64,000 nt of DNA, from the NCBI GenBank assembly GCA_964016885.1, contig OZ024760.1, forward strand, positions 19,530,001-19,594,000, given 5' to 3'. The stretch is from Eledone cirrhosa (lineage: Eukaryota). A program made the translations under genes and the position numbers. Positions 51,897-64,000 of the stretch are shown one piece after another. Numbering within the stretch: position 1 is the first letter of the stretch; each line of letters begins with the position of its first letter. The notes under the pieces are model-generated. The model had not been told where the DNA came from and searched no databases. It was given only the letters and a program-made list of their open reading frames with translations.

Positions 51897-52093
51897 TTCT
51901 TCTTCTTCGCCCACTTATTCCTGGGAGGGTCGTCAGGGCAGAGTCCTCAAACAGTCCTTCCAGTGGGTCATGTCAGAAGAAACTGTCTCCAGCTGGATCC
52001 CCAAGCTTGACCAACCAAGCTCATGGATGTTATCCAACCTTCTTGCTCAGGGTTTACCTCTGGATCTCTTGCCAGCAGGTTTTGCCCATAAAA
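51897..52093 (-). mobile_element. Decayed RTE-like LINE 3' fragment
   Basis: Reverse-complement similarity to 325-490. Confidence 0.55.
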
Positions 52094-52383
52094 TGTATAA
52101 ATATACATTATATATTTAATTTAGAAAATATTTATCAAAAGTGATCTAATGTCATCTATTTATAATTAAATATATTTAAAATTTAGTTCAATTTTATTAG
52201 CTTTAATTTAATTTAAAACAGTAATTTTTTAAATTCTAATTTTGATATATGAAATATGACTTCCTCCTTTGAATAAAATATAATAGCAGTTGTTTAAAAT
52301 TGGTAATTAAACATTGGTAATAAATAAATTAATTGCATCAATTTGTGACATATTGATTGGTAAAATGGTAATCTTGGTTCCAG

Positions 52384-52425
52384 AACTTCCAACCACACCT
52401 CCAACAACTCCTGTTCCAACAACTG
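52384..52425 (+). CDS. Linker micro-exon ELPTTPPTTPVPTT
   Basis: ttccag|42 nt|gtaagt. Confidence 0.85.
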
Positions 52426-52509
52426 GTAAGTTGTCCACATAAATACTCATTCTGACTATCTAACAGACAGACATTCTAATCAACAATGACAACTTCACCA
52501 TGTCTCATT

Positions 52510-53510
52510 TTAACCCTTTCATTACCATATTTCTAATGAAAGACACTGTCTAAGTCATTAACCCTTTCATTACTATATTTCTAATGAAAGACATTGTCTA
52601 TATCTTTAACCCTTTCATTACCATATTTCTAATCAAAGACACTGTCTATGTCATTAACCCTTTCATTACTATATTTCTAATGAAAGACATTGTCTATATC
52701 TTTAACCCTTTCATTACCATATTTCTAATCAAAGACACTGTCTATGTCATTAACCCTTTCATTACTATATTTCTAATGAAAGACATTGTCTATATCTTTA
52801 ACCCTTTCATTACTATATTTCTAATCAAAGACACTGTCTATGTCATTAACCCTTTCATTACTATATTTCTAATGAAAGACACTGTCTATGTCTTTAACCC
52901 TGTCATTACCATATTTCTAATGAAAGACACTGTCTATGTCATTAACCCTTTCATTACCATATTTCTAATGAAAGACGCTGCCTATATCTTTAACCCTTTC
53001 ATTACCATATTTCTAATGAAAGACACTGTCTATGTCTTTAACCCTTTCATTACCATATTTATAATAAAAGACACTGTCTATATCTTTAACCCTTTCATTA
53101 CCATATTTATAATGAAAGACATTGTCTATATCTTTAACCCTTTCATTACCATATTTCTAATGAAAGACACTGTCTATGTCTTTAACCCTTTCATTACCAT
53201 ATTTCTAATGAAAGACGCTGCCTATGTCTTTAACCCTTTCATTACCATATTTCTAATGAAATACACTGTCTATGTCTTTAACCCTTTCATTACCATATTT
53301 CTAATGAAATACACTGTCTATGTCTTTAACCCTTTCATTACCATATTTCTAATGAAAGACACTGTCTATGTCTTTAACCCTTTCACTACCATATTTCTAA
53401 TGAAAGACGCTGTCTATATCTTTAACCCTTTCATTACCATATTTCTAATGAAATACACTGTCTATATCATTAACCCTTTCATTACCATATTTCTAATTAA
53501 AGACGCTGCC
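52510..53510. repeat. 48-bp minisatellite x~21 derived from MITE family 2 terminus
   Basis: Unit TTAACCCTTTCATTACCATATTTCTAATGAAAGACACTGTCTATGTCW matches 44375-44417. Confidence 0.9.
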
Positions 53511-53959
53511 AAGGATTTTCAAATAATTTTTGAAAATAATCAAAAATTTAGAGGGATTTAGGAACATAAATTTCACAAAATCAAGATGTTTTTCTAAACA
53601 TACAAGTCAGTTATCATCAGCAGCAGAATTTTATGTCCATTTTCTTTTCTTGTAAAGTGATGGTGCTGGTGGTGGTGGTGGTGCTGCTGCTTCTGTTGAT
53701 GTTGATGATGGCAATCATCTTGTATGTTTTGAAGAATTATTGTGTGAAATATTGTGTGAAGTATTTAGAAATTATTAAATATATATCCCCATAGTAACAA
53801 ACACGCCATATTTAATAAGTGTAAAATATTTTAAATGTCATCTATTAAGGTATTTATTTCAATTACAAATTGTTTCTCTAGAAGACATGTTTCTTATATC
53901 ACATTATAGAGAAACAATCAACAGACTTGACCCTTCAACCTAACTCCATATGATAATCA

Positions 53960-54290
53960 AGGATATCACCACAAGCTAGTGTCAAATATATCATATTGAT
54001 AATGATATCACCACAAACTAATGTTAAATATATTATATTGATAATGAGATCACCACAAGCTGATGTTAAATATATTATATTGATAATGAGATCACCACAA
54101 GCTAATGTTAAATATATTATATTGATAATGATATCACCACTAGCTAATGTTAAATATATTATATTGATAATGAGTGATATCACCACAAACTAGTATTAAA
54201 TATATTATATTGATAATCAGTGATATCACCACAAGCTAAATATGGGATATTCAATGATATCACCACAAACTAGTATCAAATATATTATGT
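53960..54290. repeat. ~42-bp minisatellite x~7
   Basis: GATATCACCACAAGCTAATGTTAAATATATTATATTGATAAT unit. Confidence 0.85.
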
Positions 54291-54671
54291 ACATCATTTT
54301 GTTTCAATTTCTATAATACTGATACAACATTTTATTATCCAGTAACATTTTATTATCCAGTAACATTTTATTATCCAGTAATATATTTTCATGCTCAAAT
54401 ATTTGACAACCCTCTTTAAAGTCCATCCAAACTCTCTTACTTTACAAACTTCAAAAAACAGAACTCTAATCAAACATGTTGAAGGTGTTTTCATAACTTC
54501 CACTTGGTCATATAAAAGTTGACATTTACAAACTATAAAATAATGTGAGGGCATTTATTAAATTAAATTTTAAAATTCTAATAAAACATATCAAGCTACC
54601 CCATAATGTAAACAATCTCAGTTTTATTTAAGAAAATAATTTCAATTTAGATTTTGAAGAAATTCTTTTAA

Positions 54672-54880
54672 CCCTTTAGCTTTCACATTACTCTATATAA
54701 ACTATTATATTTTCATGGTAAAGGCTTTACCTCACATAATTATCTCACATAATATCGAATCTATGAGATTTTGAAAGTATTTATTTTGAGAACAATACCT
54801 TAACATCAGTTTGAGTGACCAATTACAGCCAGTTTCAACAGAAAAAGGTAGAGATTCTGGCTGGTTTGAACATTAAAGGG
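54672..54880. mobile_element. piggyBac-like MITE family 1
   Basis: TTAA|CCC..GGG|TTAA. Confidence 0.75.
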
Positions 54881-55584
54881 TTAAATATTTATTCTATTTA
54901 ATTCTCATGTGTAATTCCCATAAACTTGTTTCACTAGTATTGAAGACTTTTCTATTTCTATGAGATTTGTTGGGTGTACATGGACATCATAATCTTAATA
55001 TATGGCTATTAAATGTGTGTGTACATAGATATTGTGTACATAGATATTGTGTACATGGATATTGTGTACATGGACATTGATATCCTACTCCTAATACATG
55101 AATATTAAAATAGTCTGTACATGGATATTAAATTGTGTATATCAAATTACTAAAGACTTCAATATTAAATTGTGCATATGTTGATATCAATTTACAAAAT
55201 ACAGGGATATTAAATTGTGTATATGTTGATATCAATTTATAAAATATGTTGTGGATATTAAATTGTGCATATGTTGATATGAAACTAATAAAGACTTTGA
55301 TATTAAATTGCATATACATGTACATCAAACTAAAACGTACATGGATAGTAAATTGTGTATACATTATCTATACATGGATATCAAACTATTAATTCATGGA
55401 TTTTAAATTATAATTATTTATATAAAGATATCAAACTACTAATTCATAGATATTAAACTTATTTAGATATACAACAGTGCATGGATAAACAATGCCTTAG
55501 AGCATTATTAGATGTGTTTGCATGATTGTCTACTGCGCAATGCGACTTACTAACACCTCGTTTTTTCTCTTCCTAAACTACCAG

Positions 55585-56151
55585 CCTGCCACACATCTCG
55601 CGCTGATATTGTACTTCTCTTGGATTCTTCAAGTAGTGTCAGTACAAAAGATTTTCACAAAATGCTCTCGTTTGCAAAACAGTTTTTGTCTGATGCAAAC
55701 ATTGATTCAGGTGGTGTGCGTGTTGGTGTTTTAGTTTATAGCACTCGTGTGCATGTTGAGTTTCACCTGAATCAGTATTCAACGAAAAGTGCACTCTTTA
55801 CTGCCATAGACAGTGTTGAATATAGATATGGCGATACCAACACTGCAGCTGCTCTGCGGATAATGAGAACTAAAATGTTCACCCCTGAGAACGGCGATAG
55901 AGAAGATGTACCTAACATTGCCCTCGTACTTACTGATGGGCTGTCTAATATTGAACCAAAATATACTATACTAGAGGCTTTGCGCGCGCATTCTCAAGGA
56001 ATTCATATTTATGCAATTGGTATTCATTTAACTGACATAACTGAATTACAAAGTATAGCTTCGAAACCAGCTTCAGAAAACAGTTTTAGAGTTGATGATT
56101 TCAATGACCTTGCTAAAATGAAAGCGGATGTGTTTGCCAAATTCTGTCCTG
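55585..56151 (+). CDS. VWA domain 5
   Basis: ACHTSRADIVLLLDSSSSVS..GDTNT..LTDG..FCP; ccag|567 nt|gtaagt. Confidence 0.93.
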
Positions 56152-56559
56152 GTAAGTTTTGTTACAGAAAACATTATGGCTAAATGTGTGTGTAAATTAT
56201 GAAAAGAATTACGATGAGAAATATTACACTTTAGGGACCTGCATTTCTTGAGAAATATATTTTTATCTTATGTAATCATGCCATTATCTCACAAACTAAG
56301 CTATTGTCTTCTCTGAAAACAATACTCCATCTGTTTTATTTACAGACAAAATACTATACTACACATGTCATAAGAAATCTTACATAGATAATATCTAATA
56401 AATATATATATATATTTTTTTTAACATTTATGCTTTATTTATTTATTAGACTATTTCAAACAACACCACCTATTAATTCTATGGTTTAACAATATATTTT
56501 TTATCTAATTTTGGCCAAATTATAATTAATATTTGTGGTGAATTTTCTTTTCCTCATAG

Positions 56560-56586
56560 AACCACCAACAACACCTGCTGAACCAG
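56560..56586 (+). CDS. Linker micro-exon EPPTTPAEP
   Basis: tcatag|27 nt|gtaagt. Confidence 0.85.
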
Positions 56587-56798
56587 GTAAGTTATGTCAT
56601 TAGAAATATAAAAAGTTAAAATAATCACTTTCATTCTGGTTATAATGTTAAATATTTTTTTGTTGTGTTATTAATATATTACATTGTCGTTATTATATCT
56701 TGTTTGTATCTAATTTCTAATTTCCTCCAAAGTTTATACAGCTATATTGTTTAGAAAGGAACTATCTGTTTTAGCAATAATAATCGTTTGTGTTTGTG

Positions 56799-56827
<29 letters not shown>

Positions 56828-56834
<7 letters not shown>

Positions 56835-57249
56835 ATATAGAAAAGCTTCTACAGGACTAGAACTGTCTCATTCATGAGAAATCATCAGGAAGCTGACTGC
56901 CCAAGTAATATGGTGGTATTTATATCTTTTCTGGTGGTAGGAGATGGTGGTGATTGGGATGGGTGGAGGTCATTGGTTGATGGGTTTATTCTAAATATAG
57001 CTTTTAAAGAATTCCGTTTTCTTTAAACCCATCAATCAATGACATCCACTCATCCCAATCACCACCCTCTCCTACCACCAGAAAAGATATAAATACCACC
57101 ATATTACTTGGACAGTCAGTTTCCTGATGATTTCTCATGAATGAAACAGTTCTAGTCATGTAGAAGCTTTCCTATATTAAATATTTATACTCTGCTATGT
57201 ATTGAGTACCTTACTTACTGTGGTTACCCCCGATTGAACCCAGGATAAA

Positions 57250-57255
<6 letters not shown>
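56828..57255. mobile_element. Foldback Penelope-like element (about 160-bp arms) inside (TA)n, hammerhead motif in each arm
   Basis: 56828-56988 complementary to 57023-57184. Confidence 0.75.
57118..57168 (+). ncRNA. Type I hammerhead ribozyme motif
   Basis: AGTTTC-CTGATGA-tTTC(tcat)GAAt-GAAA-CAG(ttctagtc)ATG-TA-GAAGCT. Confidence 0.65.
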
Positions 57256-57292
<37 letters not shown>

Positions 57293-57602
57293 TTATATAT
57301 ATTTATTAAAATAACAGATTAAAGTTTAAGCAAAGAATCGACGCTTTCACCCTTACTTATATATACATATATATATACATATACATATATATGAAAACAG
57401 GGAGAAAGAGACGATTATTAGGAAGAAAAATATATTTTTTTCCTTTTTTTCTGGGTTAGAAAATGATTAAAACAAAATGTTTTACTTTGTGTGAAGTGTT
57501 AAGGTATTAGTTGATTTATTTATTATTTAACAACGGCATTTATTTATCTATTTATATATTTAATTATTGTCTATTACCAGTTTCATATACATACATATAT
57601 AT

Positions 57603-57646
<44 letters not shown>

Positions 57647-57722
57647 ATATATATACATACATAATTCTTTAATTTTATGTTATATTTGATGTAAAACTAA
57701 TTCTAATTTACCTTTTATTTAG

Positions 57723-58283
57723 AAATTGCTCCATCTGATGTTATATTCCTGTTGGATACATCTACAAGTGTAAACGAAGGAAATTTCAAGAAGGTTCTCG
57801 CATTTGTCAAGGACTTTTTATCTGAGGCCCATTTTGGCCCTAGTGGCATACAAGTTGGTATAGTTACTTACAGTACCAGTATTAATGTACAGTTTTATTT
57901 GAATACATATGAAACAAAACCAGAAATCCTTGAGGCTATTGACAAGATCCCATATACTTATGGCAGCACCAATACTGCCGGTGGCTTGGAGACTATAAGG
58001 AAGTTTATGTTCCAGAAAGAACATGGTGACAGAGACTATGCCAAGAATATAGCTATTGTCGTAACTGATGGTGTTTCCAATGTTAACGCTTACCGCACTG
58101 TTGATGAAGCAGCTTTAGTGAAAGAACAAAATATCCACATTTATGCTATTGGTGTTGGTCTTGTGGAACTTAGTGAACTGCATCAGATAGTATCGGAACC
58201 TGCAGAAGAAAATACATTCCTTGCTCAAAACTTTGATGAACTTGAAGGTTTGAAAGAGTTGGTGTTTACTGAGTTCCGTCCAG
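57723..58283 (+). CDS. VWA domain 6
   Basis: DVIFLLDTSTSVN..GSTNT..VTDG; tttag|561 nt|gtatgt. Confidence 0.93.
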
Positions 58284-59108
58284 GTATGTATAAGTTATTG
58301 TGAAATTACATCTCTTTTACACCCATTAATCTTGGGAGGACTGGTGGATAAATTATTTTAAAATTACATCTCTTTCACACCCACTGATTTGGGAAGGACA
58401 GGTGGATGGAGGTAAATATCATATTATGGGGTTAGTGATGTTAATATTTACAACTGTTTCCATATAAACAACATCCAATAAACACCATTACCTACTGCTA
58501 CAAACTAAATCTATTTTTACAGAGGAAGATTCCTCAAAGGTACATGACTAGTATCTATTTAGTGAGAATTATAATGATTAATGATAATGGTTTCTGATCT
58601 AGGCTCGAGGCCAAAAAATGTGGAGAGGGGAAAGTCAATTAAATAGACCCCAGTGTGTTACTGGTACTTTATTTTATCGACTTCCATAAAGTCAAATATA
58701 TTATATTCTTTGGGTTGACTATGGCTCCAAATTTCTAAGGTCTTAGCTGTAATAATGGTTAAAACAAATGAGAAGTAAAGTAGTACATTTTTAGCTATAT
58801 AGTTTTCATAAATTAAATTTCTGTCAATATAAATTAATTTTCCTTTGGTTTTTTTACTCATCATCTCAATTCATTTACATTTTTCACAACCACAAAGCAC
58901 TTCATATTTTCAATTCATTACAAAATCTACAAACTTTCACAACCAATGCAAATCATTCATCAATGCCTAACACACCCCTAACACCTATTTCCCACACCAC
59001 CACCTTCTACCAATCCTTCACTGAAGCCTGCCTGCATCTTGCATCCTTTCCAAATTTCATCAACATTGCACCTCATTGAAAAAGAGAAAATTTGTTCTTT
59101 CTTCGCAG

Positions 59109-59141
59109 AACCTACAACAACACCAGTAATTACAACCACCG
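59109..59141 (+). CDS. Linker micro-exon EPTTTPVITTT
   Basis: cttcgcag|33 nt|gtatgt. Confidence 0.85.
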
Positions 59142-59312
59142 GTATGTTCCATTGTCTTGCTTCCACGATTCATTGAAAATATAAAAATAAAAATAAAAAA
59201 ACAATCCTTCTCACAGACTTTTCATGCTCCTACACAGTACAAGGTGTGGTAAAAATAAAATCCCAGATTTTAAAGGTTAACAAAAAAGTTGATGTTGGTT
59301 TAGTTACCTTAA

Positions 59313-59517
59313 TCTTTTAGCATTTACATTACTCTATATATATTATTGTATTTCCATGGTAAAGGTTTTACCTCACATAATATCAAATATATGAGATTTT
59401 GGTGTTATTTATTTTGAGAACAATAGCTTAACATCAGTATGAGTGGTCGGTTATGGCTGGTTTGAACAGAAGGTAAGAGAATTCTGGCTTGATATGACCA
59501 GTTTAAATGCTAAAAGG
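59313..59517. mobile_element. piggyBac-like MITE family 1 (another copy at 59917-60067)
   Basis: Family TIRs, TTAA flanks. Confidence 0.7.
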
Positions 59518-60714
59518 TTAATAGTATTACAAATAACAATGAAGATTTTACTAATGGGGAGGACTTAATACTGTGGTAGTAGAGTCAAATATATTATACC
59601 CTTTGGGTTGACTGGGGCTCCAAATTTCTGAGGTCTTAGCTGTAAAACAAACTAGAAGTAGATTTTTACAAAAAAAGGCATTATATATAGTATTGACGAT
59701 ATTTATTACATAATCTAAAAGTGTATAGAATGCAGTTTATTTTCAGTGGGTTGAATATGATATCATTCAGATTATGGCCTTCATTCTCAATACACAATTA
59801 TAGTTGAATTCTAAAATCTTGCATCACTCGGTGTATCGAATAAATGATTTGGTCATGAAGAAATGGTACACACCCCTACAAATCATGACCTTAACTAAAA
59901 AAAAATTATAATTTAACCTTTTAGCATTTACATTATTCTATATTTACTATTGTGGTTTCTTTTTTTAAAGGCTTTATCTCACATAATATCGAATCTATGA
60001 GATTTTGATGATATTTAAAGAGATGAGAGAATTCTGGCCAGTTACAGCCGATTTAAATGCTAAAGGGTTAAATAAATATAAAATGCTGAACAGTATTGGA
60101 GAGGTTTATTTATTCTGTAAGATCAAAATCGAAATCACAAATCAACTGCATGCTTATGTACAATTAAATTAGATTATGTGATAGTTTTGAGGAGTATTTA
60201 ACATGTCCTTTTTGTTAACCTTTAATAAAATCTGGGAGTCTTTTTATTATGCTTCACCCAAAAGTCAGTTTTAACAGTTAACAAAATATTACATACAAAA
60301 CATTCTAAAATTCAAACATCGGTAAATATACTTCAATTTATTTAAACAGATTCAAATATAAAATTGTTAAGTTTCAACACATTTCCAATTACATTGAGGT
60401 AACTTATTTTAAAATATAACAAATTTTAAAACATATTTTAGCTTTTGCTAAATTCAAACATAATTAAATGGTATTATATTAAAGTGTAGAGCAATTTATA
60501 AGAAAACTTGAGTGAGGGTGATAATTTATATAATCATGTAAGTATGTTGGCCTTTATATATAACTATTTCTTTATTGTTAAATATTGTGTTTATGTATTG
60601 ATGAATTTATGTCTTAATGAATTTATATATTAATGAATGTTTTAAATATTATAGACCAAACATTAATATATTTGTACAAGCTATGTCTCTTATTTTTCCT
60701 CCCTGCGCATATAG

Positions 60715-61281
60715 AATGCAGCGCTGCAGCATATGATTTAGCTTTCCTTCTTGACTCTTCGACAAGTGTAAGTGAGAGGAATTTCAGGAGAGTGCTAACA
60801 TTTGTCAAGGAATTCTTATCTACGGCTGTTATTGGACCAGAAGGAATCCATGTCTCTGTTGTGACCTTTAGTACCAGTGTACACATTGAGTTCTTACTGA
60901 ATCGGTACTCAACGAAGGAAGAAATAATTGGGGCCATTGACAGAATACCTTACAGATATGGAAGTACAAATACAGCTGATGGTTTGAAAACTATCAGAAC
61001 TGAGGTATTTTCTGTCGAGGGTGGTGACCGACTTGAAGCTCAAAACAAACTGTTGGTTATAACCGACGGAGTCTCAAACATTAATGCCTTCCGTACCATT
61101 GATGAAGCTGAACTGACCAAAAACCAGGATGTCCATATATATGCTATTGGAATTGGTTTGCCAGACACTAAGGAACTTATGAAGATTGCTTCAGAACCTG
61201 CAGAACAAAATACACTTGTTGTTAGAGAGTTCAACGACCTTAAAGGCTTGCAAGCAGAAATGTTTGAAGAAATTTGTCTCG
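60715..61281 (+). CDS. VWA domain 7
   Basis: ECSAAAYDLAFLLDSSTSVS..GSTNT..ITDG..ICL; atag|567 nt|gtaagt. Confidence 0.93.
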
Positions 61282-61554
61282 GTAAGTTACCATTTCTCCA
61301 ATAATTTATAGAATTTGGAAGTTTCATTTCATTATTATCATCATCATCATCATTTTACATTTGCTTTTCCAAGCTTGCATGTGTTGGACAGGTCTCTTTC
61401 AGTACAGCATCCCTCCATTTGTCGTGTTCCTTCATCATCTGCCATGCATTTCCACATTCTTCAAAAAGTTAAATAAAAAATAATTTAAAATCTTTCTGTT
61501 ATCTTTTACCATTCCATGTGTCAGGTGTTTGACATTGAGTTTTGTTTTTTGCAG

Positions 61555-61584
61555 GAATGCCAACCCGAAAGCCACGACCTACTG
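61555..61584 (+). CDS. Linker micro-exon GMPTRKPRPT
   Basis: ttttgcag|30 nt|gtaaga. Confidence 0.8.
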
Positions 61585-62041
61585 GTAAGATTAACCATCT
61601 AAATACAAAGAAAGTTATATCTTTCATTGCCAACTCTGCATGATTCTGTATTCTGTAGTTATATTGCATCTTTCTATCATTGGTGAAATAATTATATTTC
61701 AGTTTACTGGTAGTTTTTAAATCTAGTCTAATTAACTAAATTACTAGAATTAAACAAGAGAAAGGTTATCAAAATGTTACAAACTTTTAATATTAAAACA
61801 TAAAAATATTTAGCCATGTTTATAATAATATCAATGGAATCACTATAGTTAATTGGAAATTATTTTGATTTTAATTTATCAAAGCTCGAGTACAGGTATA
61901 GATTTATGGTAGCCATTTACGTGTGTTGTATTGAAGCAACTAACTTTGTGTCTACTCTAGGATTTTTACATTACCTTACCTATTGAGTACGCAGAGATGC
62001 AACCGATGCTAGCAGGGAAACTTCTGCTAGTCCTGTCAACT

Positions 62042-62086
<45 letters not shown>

Positions 62087-62824
62087 CGTGTGTTCCAAAG
62101 AGAATGTTTTGGTAAAAACAGGAGAAAGCTCTCGACATTCGCAGTTTTTAGTTACGATGGAGATTTTTATAAAAATAATTTTTATAAAAATAACAAAATA
62201 AGATGCTGAGGTTACATAAATCATTTAATAATTATAATTATTTCCATGGTTCTCCATGCAATCGTGAAGTCCTTCATGCATTTGTTGTTGTTATGAGAAC
62301 GGTATCCTCAGATGAAATCTGATTTAGTGATATGCTGCCGGCAGGAAAAAACACACGTCCTTTTGCTCATGTGCCCAGCAGATATACGAGTTCCTGAAAA
62401 GGGTGTCCCAGCCGTCGTGTTTGCTGTAGTAAAGTGCTATTAACGTGTCAAGTAGTGAAATCAGGATTCACGCATCCCCCGTGGAGTTGAGGTTGTAAAT
62501 TAGCAGAGAGGTAACCTCTCAAGTATGCTGATCTGTATCAAATTATTAGTACAGATTAAAGTTTAAGCAAAGAATTACTGCTTTCACCCTATACAGGATC
62601 TTCTGAAATAGAAGACTAATTTTAAATATTTGCTCTACAGGTTTATATGTACTTATATATATATATATATATATACACAATCCTTATCAAGCTTTCTTTG
62701 AATTTTGGTCTTTGTATATATTAATACTATATATATATATGTAGCAGTGTAGTTAATACAAAGCATTGTGAGATATGTAGTAAAAGGCCAATAAATTCTT
62801 TTAAAAGCTATCTACTGATTGTAA

Positions 62825-62950
62825 ATCCAAGTAGAAGGAGCAACATGGAATAAAGTGTCTTGCTCAAGGACATAATGCATCGCCAGTCTGGGAATCAAAC
62901 TCACAACCTCACGATTGTGAATCCAGTTCTCTAACCACTCAGCCATGCAC
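62825..62950 (-). mobile_element. SINE family B-like head fragment
   Basis: Reverse-strand A/B boxes and CCTTGAGCAAGACACTTTAT. Confidence 0.6.
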
Positions 62951-63611
62951 TTTATATATGTCTATATATATATATATATGAGGTCTATAAAATATGTAAT
63001 AGTAATATATTTGGGTTTGATTCTATTGATTAGTTTCTTACTACACAGAATTACTATTCTGTTTATTTCATATGTAATTATTTTAAAACTAATGCTTTAA
63101 AATTAATAATTTGGGTTTCAATTTTTTTTTAATTGTTTATGGTGAACATTTGATAACCTAGCTCTTGTTATAACAGTAGTAAAATAGTTAAATTTTTTAA
63201 ATATATTAATATTAACATGTGATTAATTAATTAATAATAATAATTATTATATGATCCAAATGTTTATTGATATTATTAAAAGAACTACTACAACCATTTT
63301 ATATTACTAATAAGACTGACCATAGTTATATTCAGTGTTTGTGTGTGTGTGTATGTATGTATGTATATATATATATATATATACATACATACCGCATTGT
63401 TGAATTCATCTAACTATAATGGTTTTAACAAGGCTGACAACTATAAAACTGTGCTGACCTACCAAGTGTTATCTCCCTTAGTTGGCTGACACCAGTAATT
63501 ATGTCCCTTCTAAATATTGTGATCAATAACTATAGCTATAAACAAACCAGTTTGATAAATAATACTTCTACCAGTTGTATCCTTTAATTCTCCTCTTTGA
63601 AATAAGTGTAA

Positions 63612-63663
<52 letters not shown>

Positions 63664-63761
63664 AAGTTATATTTAAAATTGTTGGGTTACAACTAGTAAA
63701 TATTTATAACTGATATAAAAGCACTCGACAAATATTTGGAGTATATTTACAATATTAAATA

Positions 63762-64000
63762 AATGGAAAACTATATTTATAAAACCATATTTATTTCATT
63801 ATATATATTTCGGGGATATCATATTAACAATATGCTATGCCTTCATCAGACAAAATATATTGTAATATATTGTAATATATTTATCTATAAAACTGTTTAT
63901 ATTGTATTTTGTCTGATGAAGGCATAGCATATTGTTAATATGACATCCCCGAAATATATATAATGAAATAAATATGGTTTTATAAATATAGTTTTCCATT
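63762..64000. mobile_element. Foldback Penelope-like element running off the window end
   Basis: 63762-63857 complementary to 63905-64000. Confidence 0.75.
63905..63970 (+). ncRNA. Minimal type I hammerhead motif (mirror copy on - strand)
   Basis: TATTTTGT-CTGATGA-imperfect stem II-GAAA-TATATA-TA-ATGAAATA. Confidence 0.6.

Larger units (their letters stand above)
1118..61584 (+). other. Partial gene: Pro/Thr micro-exon repeat region followed by 7 VWA domains (collagen VI/matrilin-like extracellular protein); both ends outside window
   Basis: About 52 AG..GT exons, all phase 1-1 with length divisible by 3, that splice into one open frame. Confidence 0.85.

Noticed and set aside
52584-53561. 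325-aa ORF of 16-aa repeats
   Set aside because: Artefact of a 48-bp MITE-derived minisatellite; no convincing splice sites and a stop in the first unit.
58523-58539. Candidate micro-exon (ttttacag|17 nt|gtacat)
   Set aside because: Weak donor and non-3n length would break the frame.
36303-61281. Assigning a gene symbol such as COL6A3/COL6A6 or MATN
   Set aside because: Only generic VWA similarity is visible; no collagen helix, EGF or other diagnostic domain lies in the window.
62230-62550. GC-richer segment as possible exon or Penelope ORF remnant
   Set aside because: No recognisable protein motif or symmetric splice sites found by eye.

Overview
AT-rich eukaryotic (metazoan) genomic DNA. 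The SINEs, LINE and (TA)n content look cephalopod/octopus-like, but that assignment is inference. The window is the interior of one + strand gene with no start or stop visible, and every exon found is AG/GT-bounded, phase 1-1 and a multiple of 3 nt. From 1.1 to 29 kb, 34 related micro-exons (32 x 39 nt, 2 x 27 nt) encode about 434 aa of APPxPVxPVELTT-type Pro/Thr repeats, largely generated by five tandem copies of a 2.3-2.7 kb five-exon block. From 36 to 61.6 kb there are seven von Willebrand factor A (VWA) domain exons separated by 27-42 nt mostly Pro/Thr linker micro-exons, as expected for a collagen VI/matrilin-like extracellular multi-VWA protein. Introns hold a 5'-truncated RTE-like LINE, two tRNA-derived SINE families, piggyBac-, hAT- and Tc1-like MITEs, and TE-derived minisatellites. 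Several foldback elements carry type I hammerhead ribozyme motifs of the Penelope-like-element kind. All structures and alignments were read by eye.
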